Source: Syntrophobacteraceae bacterium
GTDB taxonomy: Bacteria; Desulfobacterota; Syntrophobacteria; Syntrophobacterales; Syntrophobacteraceae
DNA: 64,000 bases
Direction: 5' to 3'
NCBI GenBank assembly: GCA_052143075.1
Contig: JBKQTS010000037.1
Coordinates: forward strand, 1,913 to 65,912
Each line of letters begins with the position of its first letter. The stretch's first letter is position 1. Made by a program: the position numbers and the translations under genes. Below the pieces are notes generated by a model. The model worked only from the letters and a program-made list of their open reading frames with translations, was not told where the DNA came from and searched no databases. This document shows, in pieces, positions 34,832 through 45,387 of this stretch.

Positions 34832-36142
34832 TCACCGCAAACCCGCCGGGATGCGGGCGCACTCGCACATGGGGATAACGTATGGTCCTTCCGGTATGAC
34901 GGCGATGGGTTCTCCGCCGGTCCCCACGATTCCCCGGATGAAGTCGAGCGGCAAGGTCCCGTCTTGCTTGCAATAGACACCCGTCAGCAACTTGTCTTCT
35001 TTGGACAGCGTATCTGAAAAGAGGTGGATTCTGCCGATCTGCATTGGCTTGAGCTGCATCTCCGTCTGCCACTCGTCGATCGATGCCCGGGACTTGGGCA
35101 GGATCGACTTTCGAAATCCCTCTGCTCCGAGCTGTATCAGCAACCGCTGAGCCGCCACATATTCTTTGGAGCCCATCCCTTCCGAACATTCCGAAAAAAT
35201 AATGATGTCGCCTCCCGCCTCGAGCAATCCCATGACCCCGACCATGCCTTTAACCGTCTGGTAGTAGGTCTTGTCCAGGGGATAGCCGCCTCCGCTTGTT
35301 ATAACGGTACGGTATCTTGCCTGCGAAGGGATCTCGGCATAGGGGCACATGTAAGCAACAGCCTCGAGGTGGCTGGCCTCAATTTCCCCGAAATTGACAA
35401 ACGACAGATTCCGCTTGTCATCTATGACCGTATTCACGGCGAACATCCGGCCGAGCATGCGGACAATTTCAATCTGTTCTTCATGGAGCGGGTTGCCCTC
35501 GAGAATACAGTTGGCTGACCTTGGGTGCTCCATAAAGCCGGCGTTATGAAGTGTAGTGATGGTGTCCTGGTGGGCGACCCCCGGAACGATCACTTTCCTG
35601 CCCCCTGAGTAGCCCGCCATGAAGTGCGGCTCAACCAGCCCCGTTACGATCTTCACGTCTGCTTCGACGAAACGGCGGTCTAGCTTGACGCGGGTATTCC
35701 GTGATGTATTTCCAAGATAGACGTGGTCTTCGTCATTTCGGGCGAAATGATTCATCACCTTGACCGTCTCAAGCACCCAATCGCTTCCAACCAGTTCGCG
35801 AAGCTCCTCCCACTCATTGGGTCTGTGTAAACCTGTGGCAACCAGCACCGTAATCGCACCGGGATCGATTCCTGCTTTTATCAGCTCCCTGATGAGCGGT
35901 GGTAGAATGGCGGAATTGGGCACCGGCCGGGTAATGTCGCAGATGAGAATGCACGCGCTATGGCGGCCGGCTGCAATCTCGGACAACGGACCGCACGCGA
36001 CAGGATCGGCCAGAGCTTTGGAAACAGCCTCTGCTGGATCGGCCAGGATGGGCATAGCAGGTTTTTCGATTACGGTTACATTCCAGGAGTCCGGAATATC
36101 CAGAAGCAATCCATCTTTGCCGTAATTCATCTTTACACGCAT
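34832..36142 (-). CDS. LarA-like nickel-pincer-dependent 2-hydroxyacid racemase/epimerase family protein (DUF2088)
   Basis: 436 aa. ATG 36142 has GGGGAG 8 nt upstream. N-terminus …NYGKDGLLLDIPDSWNVTVIEKP…. Core block TGLVEPHFMAGYSGGRKVIVPGVAHQDTITTLHN matches the remembered LarA catalytic region (EPH…GG.K…H). Confidence 0.75.
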   Translation of the reverse strand: MRVKMNYGKDGLLLDIPDSWNVTVIEKPAMPILADPAEAVSKALADPVACGPLSEIAAGRHSACILICDITRPVPNSAILPPLIRELIKAGIDPGAITVLVATGLHRPNEWEELRELVGSDWVLETVKVMNHFARNDEDHVYLGNTSRNTRVKLDRRFVEADVKIVTGLVEPHFMAGYSGGRKVIVPGVAHQDTITTLHNAGFMEHPRSANCILEGNPLHEEQIEIVRMLGRMFAVNTVIDDKRNLSFVNFGEIEASHLEAVAYMCPYAEIPSQARYRTVITSGGGYPLDKTYYQTVKGMVGVMGLLEAGGDIIIFSECSEGMGSKEYVAAQRLLIQLGAEGFRKSILPKSRASIDEWQTEMQLKPMQIGRIHLFSDTLSKEDKLLTGVYCKQDGTLPLDFIRGIVGTGGEPIAVIPEGPYVIPMCECARIPAGLR

Positions 36143-36275
36143 ATTCTAAACTCCCCTTGACAGCGCATGAGCCCTCATAGGCACAGGCGATTACTGGAAA
36201 TTTATTTAATATTTATTGTATTATCAATTACTTAACTAAAATCAACCGATTGTGAAGGGCCATCGGTCAGACCTT

Positions 36276-37208
36276 TCAGCCTTTTTCCCGGACCACGGTC
36301 CGCGACATTTGTTCAAGGGCAAGCATGAGCGCCTGGGTGCCCGACTTGCCGTGTCCCTGGGCCTTTACCGCAAGGTATAGCTGGTGGACCAGCGCCAAGC
36401 CGGGAAGAAAAAGGCCCATGCGCGCCGACTCCTTGAGCGCAATGCCCATATCCTTGATAAAATGCTCGACAAAAAAACCGGGAGCGAAATCTCTGCGCAG
36501 TATGCGTGGGGCCAGATTGTCCAGGCTCCAGCACTTCGCAGCGCCGCCCTGGATGGAACTCAACATTGTCGGCAGATCGAGGCCCGCCTTGAAACCGTAT
36601 AAGAGGCTTTCGCACACGCCGATCATCGTTCCCGCGATGACGATCTGGTTACACATTTTAGTATGCTGGCCCGAACCCGCAGGTCCCTGGTGGACGAGGT
36701 TTTTTCCCATGGTTTCCATGATGGGCTGAATGGCCTCCACAACTTTCCGATCTCCTCCCGTCATGATGGAAAGAGTGGCATTGCGCGCCCCCACGTCGCC
36801 ACCTGAGACGGGAGCATCCACGGCGAAGGCCCCCCGTTCCCGGGCGCCAAGGTAGATTTCCGCTGCCAGCGATGGTTCGGTGGTGGTCATGTCAACGAGG
36901 ATAACACCCGGGCGGACCGCCTCGAGAACGCCTCCTTTCCCGAAATAAACCTCCCGCACGTCTTCAGGGAATCCGAGCATGGTAAAGATGACGTCAGACT
37001 TTTCTGTGGCTTCCCGAGGGGAATCAACCCAGGCGGCGCCGTTCTCGATCAGTGGGAGTGCTCTTTCCTTCGTGCGGTTGAAAATAGTGGTGCTGTAGCC
37101 TCTTTCCATAATGTGCCCGCACATGGAAAGTCCCATCACTCCCGTCCCGATCCATCCGATGCGCGTTTTCAGAGAAACAGCGGGAACATCATAAACGGTG
37201 CCGGGCAT
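36276..37208 (-). CDS. NAD(P)-dependent beta-hydroxyacid dehydrogenase (3-hydroxyisobutyrate dehydrogenase family)
   Basis: Start ATG 37208 with GAAGGAGG upstream. Rossmann motif RIGWIGTGVMG. Family blocks …DAPVSGG…GA… and …GSGQHTKMCNQI…. Confidence 0.8.
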   Translation of the reverse strand: MPGTVYDVPAVSLKTRIGWIGTGVMGLSMCGHIMERGYSTTIFNRTKERALPLIENGAAWVDSPREATEKSDVIFTMLGFPEDVREVYFGKGGVLEAVRPGVILVDMTTTEPSLAAEIYLGARERGAFAVDAPVSGGDVGARNATLSIMTGGDRKVVEAIQPIMETMGKNLVHQGPAGSGQHTKMCNQIVIAGTMIGVCESLLYGFKAGLDLPTMLSSIQGGAAKCWSLDNLAPRILRRDFAPGFFVEHFIKDMGIALKESARMGLFLPGLALVHQLYLAVKAQGHGKSGTQALMLALEQMSRTVVREKG

Positions 37209-37266
37209 GACAACCTCCTTCAAAAAGTTACTATAGGTCGTATAAGTCATATTTGAGAACCTGGTG

Positions 37267-37779
37267 TCACTCTTCTTCAAACAAACGGGATTCAAAGTAC
37301 TCCTTCAGCTCACTGCATACAATTCTGTCCGTGGGAAAGGCCATGTCCGGCAAATCGTCCAGGCTGAAGAAAGCGGCTTCACTGGCATCCGAGCCCGGAC
37401 GGAGTTCTCCTCCCGTCCGCGTTCCCCAAAACCACATCCCAACCGTTTGTGATTCAGGATCGTGGAAGTTGGAGTGAACTGAGAAAATCCGCCCGACCCG
37501 AACCGTTATCCCGGTTTCCTCGAAGAATTCACGCCCGGCGGCTTCCCGAACCTCCTCGTCCCACTCGAGGTGGCCGCACGGAATGCACCACCGCCCGCGG
37601 TACGATCCCTTGCGCCTTACAAGAAGGATCTTTCCCCCTTCGACCAGCAGAACTGCAACACCTGCCGTAGGGTTGCGATAAAAAACCTTGCCGCAATCAG
37701 GACAAAAAGACCTTGCGCCCTTTTTTGCTGCTTTTCTTATGAGCGAAGCGCCGCAATGGGGACAGAAGCGGAAGTTCAT
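37267..37779 (-). CDS. NUDIX hydrolase with N-terminal zinc-ribbon
   Basis: FCPHCGASL…[10 protein letters not shown] is a CxxC…CxxC ribbon. The Nudix box is [22 protein letters not shown]. Confidence 0.8.
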   Translation of the reverse strand: MNFRFCPHCGASLIRKAAKKGARSFCPDCGKVFYRNPTAGVAVLLVEGGKILLVRRKGSYRGRWCIPCGHLEWDEEVREAAGREFFEETGITVRVGRIFSVHSNFHDPESQTVGMWFWGTRTGGELRPGSDASEAAFFSLDDLPDMAFPTDRIVCSELKEYFESRLFEEE

Positions 37780-37976
37780 AAATGTATGTGCCTCCTCCTG
37801 AACCTGGACTTCAACCGGTTTATAGATTTACGCATTATCCGAAAAAGCCGGAGCTGCTAAAATAGAAAGCTTTGCAGCCGAACCTCAATAATACTCTTTT
37901 TCCCTTATGATAAATCATTTACTATCCATGTGGCGAGTGACGAGCGAAGCACACCCCCGAACGAAAGGATTTCCTT

Positions 37977-39428
37977 ATGGCTCTCAAGACATCTCAGGAA
38001 TACCTGGAAAGCATAAAGAAGCTCACCCCTAAAGTTTACGTGGGCGGGAAATGGGTTTCGAATCTGCTGGACCATCCGGTAACCAGGTCGATGGTCATGG
38101 CCAATGCGGCCATTTACGACCTGGCGCAGGACGAGCGATACCAAAGCGTCATGCTTGCCGGCTCTCACCTAACCGCAAACCCGATCAATCGAAACGTTCA
38201 TGTCTCCCGCAACAATCACGATCTGGACATGCGGCAGGAAATGGCCCTTCTTTCCAGCCGTACGGTCGGCACCTGCAACTACCGCTGCGTCGGTTGCGAT
38301 GCAATAAACGGCCTCGCCTCAACTACATGGGAAATGGACCGCGACCTCGGAACAAACTACAGCGAGCGCTTCAATAGCTGGCTTGCCGGCATTCAGAAGG
38401 ACGATCTTTCCGTTTCCGGGGCGATAACCGACGCCAAGGGCGATAGGAAAAAACGCCCGTCCCAGCAGGACGAACCGGATGTGTACGTGCATGTTACCGA
38501 AAAACGTGCCGACGGGATAGTGGTCAGGGGTGCAAAGGTCAGCCAGAGCGGAGCGATAGGGGCGCACGAAACGCTCGTTCTTCCGGGCGGAGCGCTCAAG
38601 GATGGCGAGGAGAACTTCGCAGTCGCCTTTGCTGTCCCCAACGGCTCTCCCGGACTGACCTACATCTGCCAGTACAACGCATACTCGGCCGAAAGGGAGA
38701 TGGCCGAAGACGAATCGGAGCTTGGAAACCCGGTATTCGGACAGCGCGAGACCTCTACAATGGTTTTCGACAATGTTTTTATCCCCTGGAACAGGGTTTT
38801 CCTTTGCGGCGAAACCAAGTACTGCGGAAGATTGATCTCAAGATTCGCCAAAACGCACCGGATGAACTGCGGAGGCGCCTGCAAGGTGGGATTCGCCGAC
38901 CTCATCATCGGCGCCACGCTCTTGGCGGCAGAATTCAGCGGTGTAGAAAAGATACCTCACATCCAGGATAAGCTGATCGAAATGGTGCGTCTGAGCGAAA
39001 CCTCCCACGCGTGCGCGATAGCAGCGGCAGTGAAAGGCAGGGAGGAACCTGAAGGCTCGGGCGTTTTCATGCCAGACGACCTTTTCGGCAACGTAGCCAA
39101 GCTGAGCATAGCCCACGGTTTCTGGGAAATCCTGAAGATTGCCGGCGATATCGGCGGCGGCCTGATCGTGACGATGCCACGGCTAAAAGACCTCGATCAT
39201 CCCGAGGTAGGGCCTTTGCTCAAGAAATTCTTTCAGAGCGCGGCGCCTGCGGACAAGCGGTTTAAGGTCGCCAAATTCCTCCAGCACTGGACCGCCGGCC
39301 TGCACGGCCCGGGTACCTGGCACGGAGCGGGAGCGCCTCAGACCCAGCGCGTAATGATTTCCTACCTCACCGATTTTGAGTCCAAAAAGAAGATGGCAAA
39401 AAATCTTATGCGCATGGGAGAAGATTAG
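37977..39428 (+). CDS. 4-hydroxybutyryl-CoA dehydratase / vinylacetyl-CoA isomerase-like (HpaB/AbfD family)
   Basis: 483 aa. MALKTSQEYLESIKKLTPKVYVGGKWV…, a Cys pair in …GTCNYRCVGCDAINGL…, and a length typical of AbfD. Exact substrate is not determinable. Confidence 0.7.
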   Translation: MALKTSQEYLESIKKLTPKVYVGGKWVSNLLDHPVTRSMVMANAAIYDLAQDERYQSVMLAGSHLTANPINRNVHVSRNNHDLDMRQEMALLSSRTVGTCNYRCVGCDAINGLASTTWEMDRDLGTNYSERFNSWLAGIQKDDLSVSGAITDAKGDRKKRPSQQDEPDVYVHVTEKRADGIVVRGAKVSQSGAIGAHETLVLPGGALKDGEENFAVAFAVPNGSPGLTYICQYNAYSAEREMAEDESELGNPVFGQRETSTMVFDNVFIPWNRVFLCGETKYCGRLISRFAKTHRMNCGGACKVGFADLIIGATLLAAEFSGVEKIPHIQDKLIEMVRLSETSHACAIAAAVKGREEPEGSGVFMPDDLFGNVAKLSIAHGFWEILKIAGDIGGGLIVTMPRLKDLDHPEVGPLLKKFFQSAAPADKRFKVAKFLQHWTAGLHGPGTWHGAGAPQTQRVMISYLTDFESKKKMAKNLMRMGED

Positions 39429-39457
39429 GTGGACCATCGCGAAAAAACCCGGGCGCA

Positions 39458-40225
39458 ATGAAAATCAACCTCGAACATATAGCCGTCGTGCTAAATGAGC
39501 CTCATTATCCGGAAAACATAGGCGCAGCGGTTCGCGCGGCCAAGAATATGGGAATCTCGCGTTTTCTGGTCGTAAATCCGGCTGACTGCGATCTTACGCG
39601 GATTTTAAGGATGGCGACACACCATGCGGAAGACCTCGTTTTGGGCATCGAAGTCTACGACCGGCTCGAAGAGGCGCTAAAATCCTTTCAATACGTGGTT
39701 GGAAGCACCGCTCGAACGGGGTCCCACCGCCAGTTCGTTAAAAATCCCCGGCAGCTTGGCCTCGAACTTATACCTATAAGCCAGAAAAACCACGTCGCGC
39801 TCCTTTTCGGCCCCGAGGCAAGCGGACTGGCCAATGAACATCTCAGATACTGCGATGCTCTGGTTACCATACCGACAGCCGGGTTTTCTTCCATAAACCT
39901 GGCGCAGGCCGTTATGATACTGGTTTATGAGGTTTTCACCGCCGCATCCGAAAAAAAGGAGGGGTTTTCGCCGCGCCTTGCAACCCGCGGCGAACTCGAA
40001 TCCATGTACGTTCACCTGAAAGATACGCTGACAAAGATTAATTTCATAAACCCGGAAAATCCCGATTACTGGATGATGAGCACCAGGCGGTTTTTCAGCA
40101 GAATGCAGCTTCGCGGGCGGGATGTGCAACTGATTCGGGGCATTTGCAGGCAGATCGACTGGTACTGTTTCCGAAAAACTGCAGGTGCCCCGCACGAAGA
40201 AAAGGGACTGGTGATTCGTGAATAG
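39458..40225 (+). CDS. SpoU/TrmH-class RNA 2'-O-methyltransferase, TrmJ-like
   Basis: …VVLNEPHYPENIGAAVRAAKNMGISRFLVVNP…, LLFGPEASGL and …IPTAGFSSINLAQAVMILVYE. These are the three SPOUT motifs. Confidence 0.75.
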   Translation: MKINLEHIAVVLNEPHYPENIGAAVRAAKNMGISRFLVVNPADCDLTRILRMATHHAEDLVLGIEVYDRLEEALKSFQYVVGSTARTGSHRQFVKNPRQLGLELIPISQKNHVALLFGPEASGLANEHLRYCDALVTIPTAGFSSINLAQAVMILVYEVFTAASEKKEGFSPRLATRGELESMYVHLKDTLTKINFINPENPDYWMMSTRRFFSRMQLRGRDVQLIRGICRQIDWYCFRKTAGAPHEEKGLVIRE

Positions 40226-40303
40226 TGATTAGGAAAAAAATAACCATCCGACAACTTCACGTTTTTTGCCAGTCACCAGTCACTATTCACCATTCACTAA
40301 CTG

Positions 40304-40489
40304 CTAGCCTTCGATCACTATCCGGTGATTCACGAGGGACATGCTGCGAATTCGCCCGTGGACTATTTTTTGCTCTCCGAAAATATTTTCGATCTTGATC
40401 TGGTCGCCCTCGTTCTCGACTTTGTCGACGGCCTCCAGGATGAGTTCCTCTTTGCCTTCCTTTACCATGTAAGCATTTGCTTCACACAT
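40304..40489 (-). CDS. CooT-family nickel-binding protein
   Basis: ORF trimmed to ATG 40489, giving MCEANAYMVKEGKEELILEAVDKVENEGDQIKIENIFGEQKIVHGRIRSMSLVNHRIVIEG. The N-terminal Met-Cys and ~60-aa length are characteristic of CooT. Confidence 0.65.
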   Translation of the reverse strand: MCEANAYMVKEGKEELILEAVDKVENEGDQIKIENIFGEQKIVHGRIRSMSLVNHRIVIEG

Positions 40490-40700
40490 TACTGAGCTCC
40501 TGATGAGTTGGATTCCAAGCATATCTCGCGTTCATCTGTAATACCGGTTCCGGAGCGATATTCAAAGGGGAAAAATGCCCCCTTCCTCGTATGACAGACT
40601 TGTTAACTACACTAGACGATCATTTGCTGAAATGCTCTCGCTGCATCCCTTAGCGATGTACTTCGCGTAGCGCGGAAGGCAGCCCGCCGCCATTCTCCAC

Positions 40701-40737
40701 GCTCTCCCTGATCTGTCAATGACCAGAGATGGGGCCG
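40701..40737 (+). repeat. Short dispersed repeat, family 3, copy 2
   Basis: gctctccctgatctgtcaatgaccagagatggggccg. Confidence 0.65.
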
Positions 40738-40751
40738 TCAGCGGAATGCCT

Positions 40752-43298
40752 TCAGGTCTGCTGTGTGGCGCGGGTAAGCTGCAGGGAGCTACGGCGCAAA
40801 ATTGGTGCGAACCGGCAGTTGAGCATTCCGTCGAGTTCCTCTAAAAAATTTTCAAACCGGTCAATTTTTGTTATGAGCTGCGGATTTTCAATTCCTTTGG
40901 TTACAAACTGGAAATAGAGCGTCTGCAGCTTCCAGGTCTCCGGCCGGATTGCCAATGCGCGGCAAAGCGCAAGCAGCCGGAACAATCGCCCGGCATCTCC
41001 TTCGTCGAAGATTCGGAGCAGCCTTGTAAGAATCCTCACCATGAACCGTCCCAGCCTTTCGGAGATTTCCACCAGATAGAGCGAAACGCCCCATAATTTT
41101 GCCTCTTCCTGAAGCGAGTTGAGCCTGGCCATGTGCACCCGGAAAAAAAAGTCAGTCGAATCCCAGGGCGCATCCGAAGAGACGTGCTCAAGCACGTGCA
41201 CCAGGATGTCTTCCACCAGGCTTTCCACCTCTTCGCTCAGGACACGCCGGATAGAGACCCGAAGATCGCTTGGAATCCTTATTCCCCATTGCCTGAGTGA
41301 CAGGAGGAGCGGCTTGTATGTACTGAAAAGGTTCCGCTGAAGATCTGTGTAGGTGCCGATCGTTTTGCGGCTTACGTCCAATGCAATCGAGGCCCTGAGG
41401 TCCTTCAGGACGTCTTCGAGTCCGAAGTAATCGGTCCCGAATCTTTCATCCAGCACGCGCACGATCTTGATCGTTTTTTGCTCTTCGATGGCATCCTGGA
41501 GAGCGGCAAGAATGGATTCATACTCGCCCTCATTCAGATAGGGCTTGACCGAACAGCGGAAATCCAGCCCGCCGAAATGGGCCACCGCGTAAAGGAAACT
41601 CTCCGTATCCAGCGTTCTGTTGTCTTTGACGGAAACCAGGCCGTAGAGGCACCTCACCGGACTCGCCCCTAAATCCTCCTCCTTCTGGGGCATGATGCTG
41701 TACGAGTGCATCTGGAACTCTCGCTGCTCGAACCTGGCGATAGACTGTATAGCGTAATTTGCCGCCGCCTTTGCTCCATTGAACTCCTTGGGCCTGACCT
41801 CGCGGAGAAAAACGTTTGCGCCGTTTCCGTATTCGGGCAGGTTACTGGGCGCCAATTCCAATAACCTGAGAAACTCCGGACCAAGCGGTGGCGATCCCGT
41901 CTTTTCGGCAAGCCGGATTGCCATGGCGGCGTACTTGAGAATCAGGACCGACTCAAGCTGGCTGATTTCATCAAAAAACCAGCCGCAGGATATGAACATC
42001 AACAGCGAAAGCCGCTGCATTTCCAAAAGCTCGAGAAATCGTGAGACATCGGATGAGCGCGACCCGCCCCTGAGGTGTTTTTCCAAAAACGGGGCCAGGT
42101 GATTCTTTATGTCCAGGATTAGATCGATATATTCGTCTCTGGCGCCCCAAGGGTCTGCGCACAGGCTTGCCATCTGAGTTTCGAAATGCCTGGCCAGACT
42201 GTCTCGAACATATTCGAGCGCTTTGCGCAGAGGAGCTCTCCATTTCTGAGTCCAGCCCGGTTCGCCTCCCAGATGGCAGCCACAGTCGCTGCTCCACCGC
42301 CCAACTCCATGAGCGCAGCTCCAAGCCGTTCGTTCTAATATTTCAACATCGGCGACGACCGGGAACTGGGACAAGAACCACCCATAATTGACTATCTCAG
42401 TCGAGGAATCGCGCTTGAGTTCCTCTAAAGCGGCGGCAAGGGCCATGTCGCCGAACTTAAAATGATGTCCGTAGGATTCTCCGTCGGTGGCTACGTTAAC
42501 CAGCCAGGGCTCCCCACTGGAAGGGTGGCGCGAGGACCATGTCTTGTCGATCTGTTCCAGCAACTTGGAGCTGTGTTCAAGTAACCGGCCGAAAGCCACG
42601 CCGTGCGCCAGGGCGGAGTCGTAGAAAAAAATGTCGATGTATTTCCCCCCGCCGCAGGAATAACGATAGGCGCGTCCGCTGGGAATTGTTCCGCCGGCTG
42701 CATCCCTCCACTGGGTGTCGCCCTCGCGAAAACGCCACCGCGCCGCCTGGTGGGGAGAGAGGATGGTGAATTTTATTCCAGCCTCCGCCAGGAGCAAAAG
42801 TGTAGCCCCGTCAACGGCCGTTTCGGCCAGCCACATCCCCTCGGGATGCCTGCCGAACCGGTGTTCGAAATCGCGAATCCCCCAGCGGATCTGGGTGAGC
42901 TTGTCCCGCTGATTTGCCAATGGCATTATGATGTGGTTATAGACCTGCGCTATGGCGTTGCCGTGGCCCCCGTGCGCCTCCATGCTCTCACGGTCGGCTT
43001 CCAGAATAGTCTGGTAAACCCAGGGATCGTGCCGCTCGAGCCAGTGCGTCAGGGTGGGGCCGAAATTGAAGCTCAGATATCTGTAGTTGTTCATCAAATC
43101 GAGAATTCGATTCTGGTTATCGACGAGGCGCGCCGCCGTGTTTGCCCGATAGCATTCGAGGTTGATGCGTTGGTTCCAGTCATGATAAGGGGCTGCGGAA
43201 TCCTCACGCTCGATTTCCTCGGTCCAGGGGTTTTCGCGGGGAGGTTGATAGAAATGTGCATGAATACAAACATATTTTTCTTCAGATGAATTCTTCAT
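40752..43298 (-). CDS. Glycoside hydrolase family 57 protein with long C-terminal extension (DUF3536-like)
   Basis: 848 aa. The N-terminal YVCIHAHFYQPPRENPW is the GH57 signature. …ATDGESYGHH… is also present. Confidence 0.8.
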   Translation of the reverse strand: MKNSSEEKYVCIHAHFYQPPRENPWTEEIEREDSAAPYHDWNQRINLECYRANTAARLVDNQNRILDLMNNYRYLSFNFGPTLTHWLERHDPWVYQTILEADRESMEAHGGHGNAIAQVYNHIIMPLANQRDKLTQIRWGIRDFEHRFGRHPEGMWLAETAVDGATLLLLAEAGIKFTILSPHQAARWRFREGDTQWRDAAGGTIPSGRAYRYSCGGGKYIDIFFYDSALAHGVAFGRLLEHSSKLLEQIDKTWSSRHPSSGEPWLVNVATDGESYGHHFKFGDMALAAALEELKRDSSTEIVNYGWFLSQFPVVADVEILERTAWSCAHGVGRWSSDCGCHLGGEPGWTQKWRAPLRKALEYVRDSLARHFETQMASLCADPWGARDEYIDLILDIKNHLAPFLEKHLRGGSRSSDVSRFLELLEMQRLSLLMFISCGWFFDEISQLESVLILKYAAMAIRLAEKTGSPPLGPEFLRLLELAPSNLPEYGNGANVFLREVRPKEFNGAKAAANYAIQSIARFEQREFQMHSYSIMPQKEEDLGASPVRCLYGLVSVKDNRTLDTESFLYAVAHFGGLDFRCSVKPYLNEGEYESILAALQDAIEEQKTIKIVRVLDERFGTDYFGLEDVLKDLRASIALDVSRKTIGTYTDLQRNLFSTYKPLLLSLRQWGIRIPSDLRVSIRRVLSEEVESLVEDILVHVLEHVSSDAPWDSTDFFFRVHMARLNSLQEEAKLWGVSLYLVEISERLGRFMVRILTRLLRIFDEGDAGRLFRLLALCRALAIRPETWKLQTLYFQFVTKGIENPQLITKIDRFENFLEELDGMLNCRFAPILRRSSLQLTRATQQT

Positions 43299-43596
43299 CT
43301 AGTCCTGTTTCCGTTGTTTATAATAAATTCAGGCAAGGACCGCCCGGCAACGCTCGAGATATCGTTCCTTCGCGGCGCGATCTCTAATTGTACCGCTTGC
43401 AATTTCTCTTTTCCAGCGTCGTTTGTGTATTTTACTACGGCGATGGCTTTTTGATCAAGCTGCCTCATCCCGCCTGTTTACAAAACAGGCCTCATTCACT
43501 AAACTCATGCGTTCGGAGGAGCGGGAAACTTTTTGGTTCAACAATGTTGAAAACGTTCCGTCACATCCCCGGCAACGCGTCACCAATGGATCGTGA

Positions 43597-45036
43597 ATGA
43601 ACTGCAATCTCAATATTCGAGGAATCTTCTGCAATCGAACGCTCAATCTGAACGCGATCCGCGCAATCGGCTACGATATGGACTACACACTCGTCCATTA
43701 TCGCATGACGTTCTGGGAGCACCGCGCCTATAATTATATAAAAGAGGGGATCCGCCAGGCGGGATGGAGTTTGGAAGCCCTGGTATTCGACGCAGAACTT
43801 GCGATGCGCGGACTCGTGATTGACACGCAACTGGGAAACGTCGTCAAGGCAAACAGGTTCGGTTACATAAAACGGGCATTCCACGGGACAAGACCGCTCG
43901 AATTCGAAGAGCTGCGCAGGGTCTATCAGCGCACACTCGTCGATCTTGGCGAGCCCCGGTGGCATTTTCTGAACACCCTTTTCTCCATCTCTGAGGCAAG
44001 CATCTTCATGCAGCTTGTCGATTTGCTTGATTCCGGGGCACTGCACGGATGCATTGGCTACGAGGAGATCTTCGGGAGAGTGCGCCGTGCGTCTGATGAG
44101 GCTCATATGGAGGGACGGCTCAAGGCCGAAATCCTCGCCAACCCGGCTCAGTTCGTCGAACCTGACGAAGAAACGCCCCTGACCCTTCTCGACCAAAAAA
44201 AGTCAGGCAAGAAACTGCTTCTGATAACCAATTCCGAATGGTCTTACGTGGAACCGATAATGAGCGGCGTGTTCGACCCGTTCCTGCCAAAATCCATTAA
44301 ATGGCGCGACCTGTTCGATATAATAATTATTGGGGCGAGAAAGCCCGATTTTTTCACCCTCCAAATGCCGGCCTTCGAAGTGATAAATGCAGAGGGCCTT
44401 CTTCGGGAGCACCGTGGCATGCTGTGTCCGGGCCGCATCTACCTGGGTGCGAACGCTCCGCTCGTTGAGGAAAGCCTGGGCCTTTCAGGCGAAGAGCTTA
44501 TGTATGTCGGCGACCACATATTTACGGACGTAAATATTTCGAAGAGCATTTCGAGGTGGCGAACCGCCTTGGTGGTTCGAGAGCTTGAGGATGAAATCGC
44601 GGCGGTTGACCAATTTCTGCCCAAACAGGCGGAACTGAACGCGCTGATGGAGACCAAGGAGCGCATGGAGTCGCAATACTGCTCGCTCAGGCTCACCGCC
44701 CAGCGCATTCATCAAGGATACGGGCCCCGTGAGAACGCGAAAATCACCGAACTTCGGCGGCAGATGTCCGAGCTGCACGGCAGGATAGTGGAACTCGATT
44801 CCAGGATTGCTCCAATCGCACAGGCTTCCGGGCAGCTTCTCAACAAGAATTGGGGTTTGCTCATGCGAACCGGCATTGACAAGAGCCATCTCGCAAGGCA
44901 GATCGAACGCTATGCCGATATCTACACCGCGCGCGTTTCAAATTTCCTGCAGGTGACCCCGACTGCTTTCCTGCGCTCCCGCCGGGGCAGCTTGCCCCAC
45001 GATCCCGAGTGCCTGCCGAAAGAGGCTGGGGACTAA
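43597..45036 (+). CDS. HAD-IG family 5'-nucleotidase
   Basis: IFCNRTLNLNAIRAIGYDMDYTLVHY (the DxDxT motif in cN-II-like context), …LLLITNS… and …YVGDHIFTDV…. Confidence 0.8.
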   Translation: MNCNLNIRGIFCNRTLNLNAIRAIGYDMDYTLVHYRMTFWEHRAYNYIKEGIRQAGWSLEALVFDAELAMRGLVIDTQLGNVVKANRFGYIKRAFHGTRPLEFEELRRVYQRTLVDLGEPRWHFLNTLFSISEASIFMQLVDLLDSGALHGCIGYEEIFGRVRRASDEAHMEGRLKAEILANPAQFVEPDEETPLTLLDQKKSGKKLLLITNSEWSYVEPIMSGVFDPFLPKSIKWRDLFDIIIIGARKPDFFTLQMPAFEVINAEGLLREHRGMLCPGRIYLGANAPLVEESLGLSGEELMYVGDHIFTDVNISKSISRWRTALVVRELEDEIAAVDQFLPKQAELNALMETKERMESQYCSLRLTAQRIHQGYGPRENAKITELRRQMSELHGRIVELDSRIAPIAQASGQLLNKNWGLLMRTGIDKSHLARQIERYADIYTARVSNFLQVTPTAFLRSRRGSLPHDPECLPKEAGD

Positions 45037-45324
45037 GAGAAAATCCACCGGGACATGGTCCGGACATGAAGAGACGGTTCGTGGTCCGGGTATTAAGAGA
45101 GCGCCGAGTCATGAGAAGAATTCAACAATTGGAAAATTGAGGAATCAGGGGCTAAGTCCCTAAATTCCTTAATCTTCAAATCCCTGAATCCCTTTGGGGA
45201 AAATGTTTTGCAACTCTCATCCGCTCTGCGTCCGGTGCAAGGTTTTCCTTCCCGCGCTCCCGATTCTCCCTGTCATCGCATCATCTTAACTTTCCCTTGA
45301 CAGCGGCTTCCAGCATTTTATGTT

Positions 45325-45372
45325 TAAGAAGTGTTCCAGATAAGAAGTGATCTAAATAAGAAGTGCTCTGGA
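45325..45372 (+). repeat. Three tandem 16-bp repeats (TAAGAAGTGnTCnnnA) abutting a Shine-Dalgarno site
   Basis: taagaagtgttccaga / taagaagtgatctaaa / taagaagtgctctgga, followed immediately by taaggagg (45373-45380). Confidence 0.85.
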
Positions 45373-45387
45373 TAAGGAGGCTGCTTC

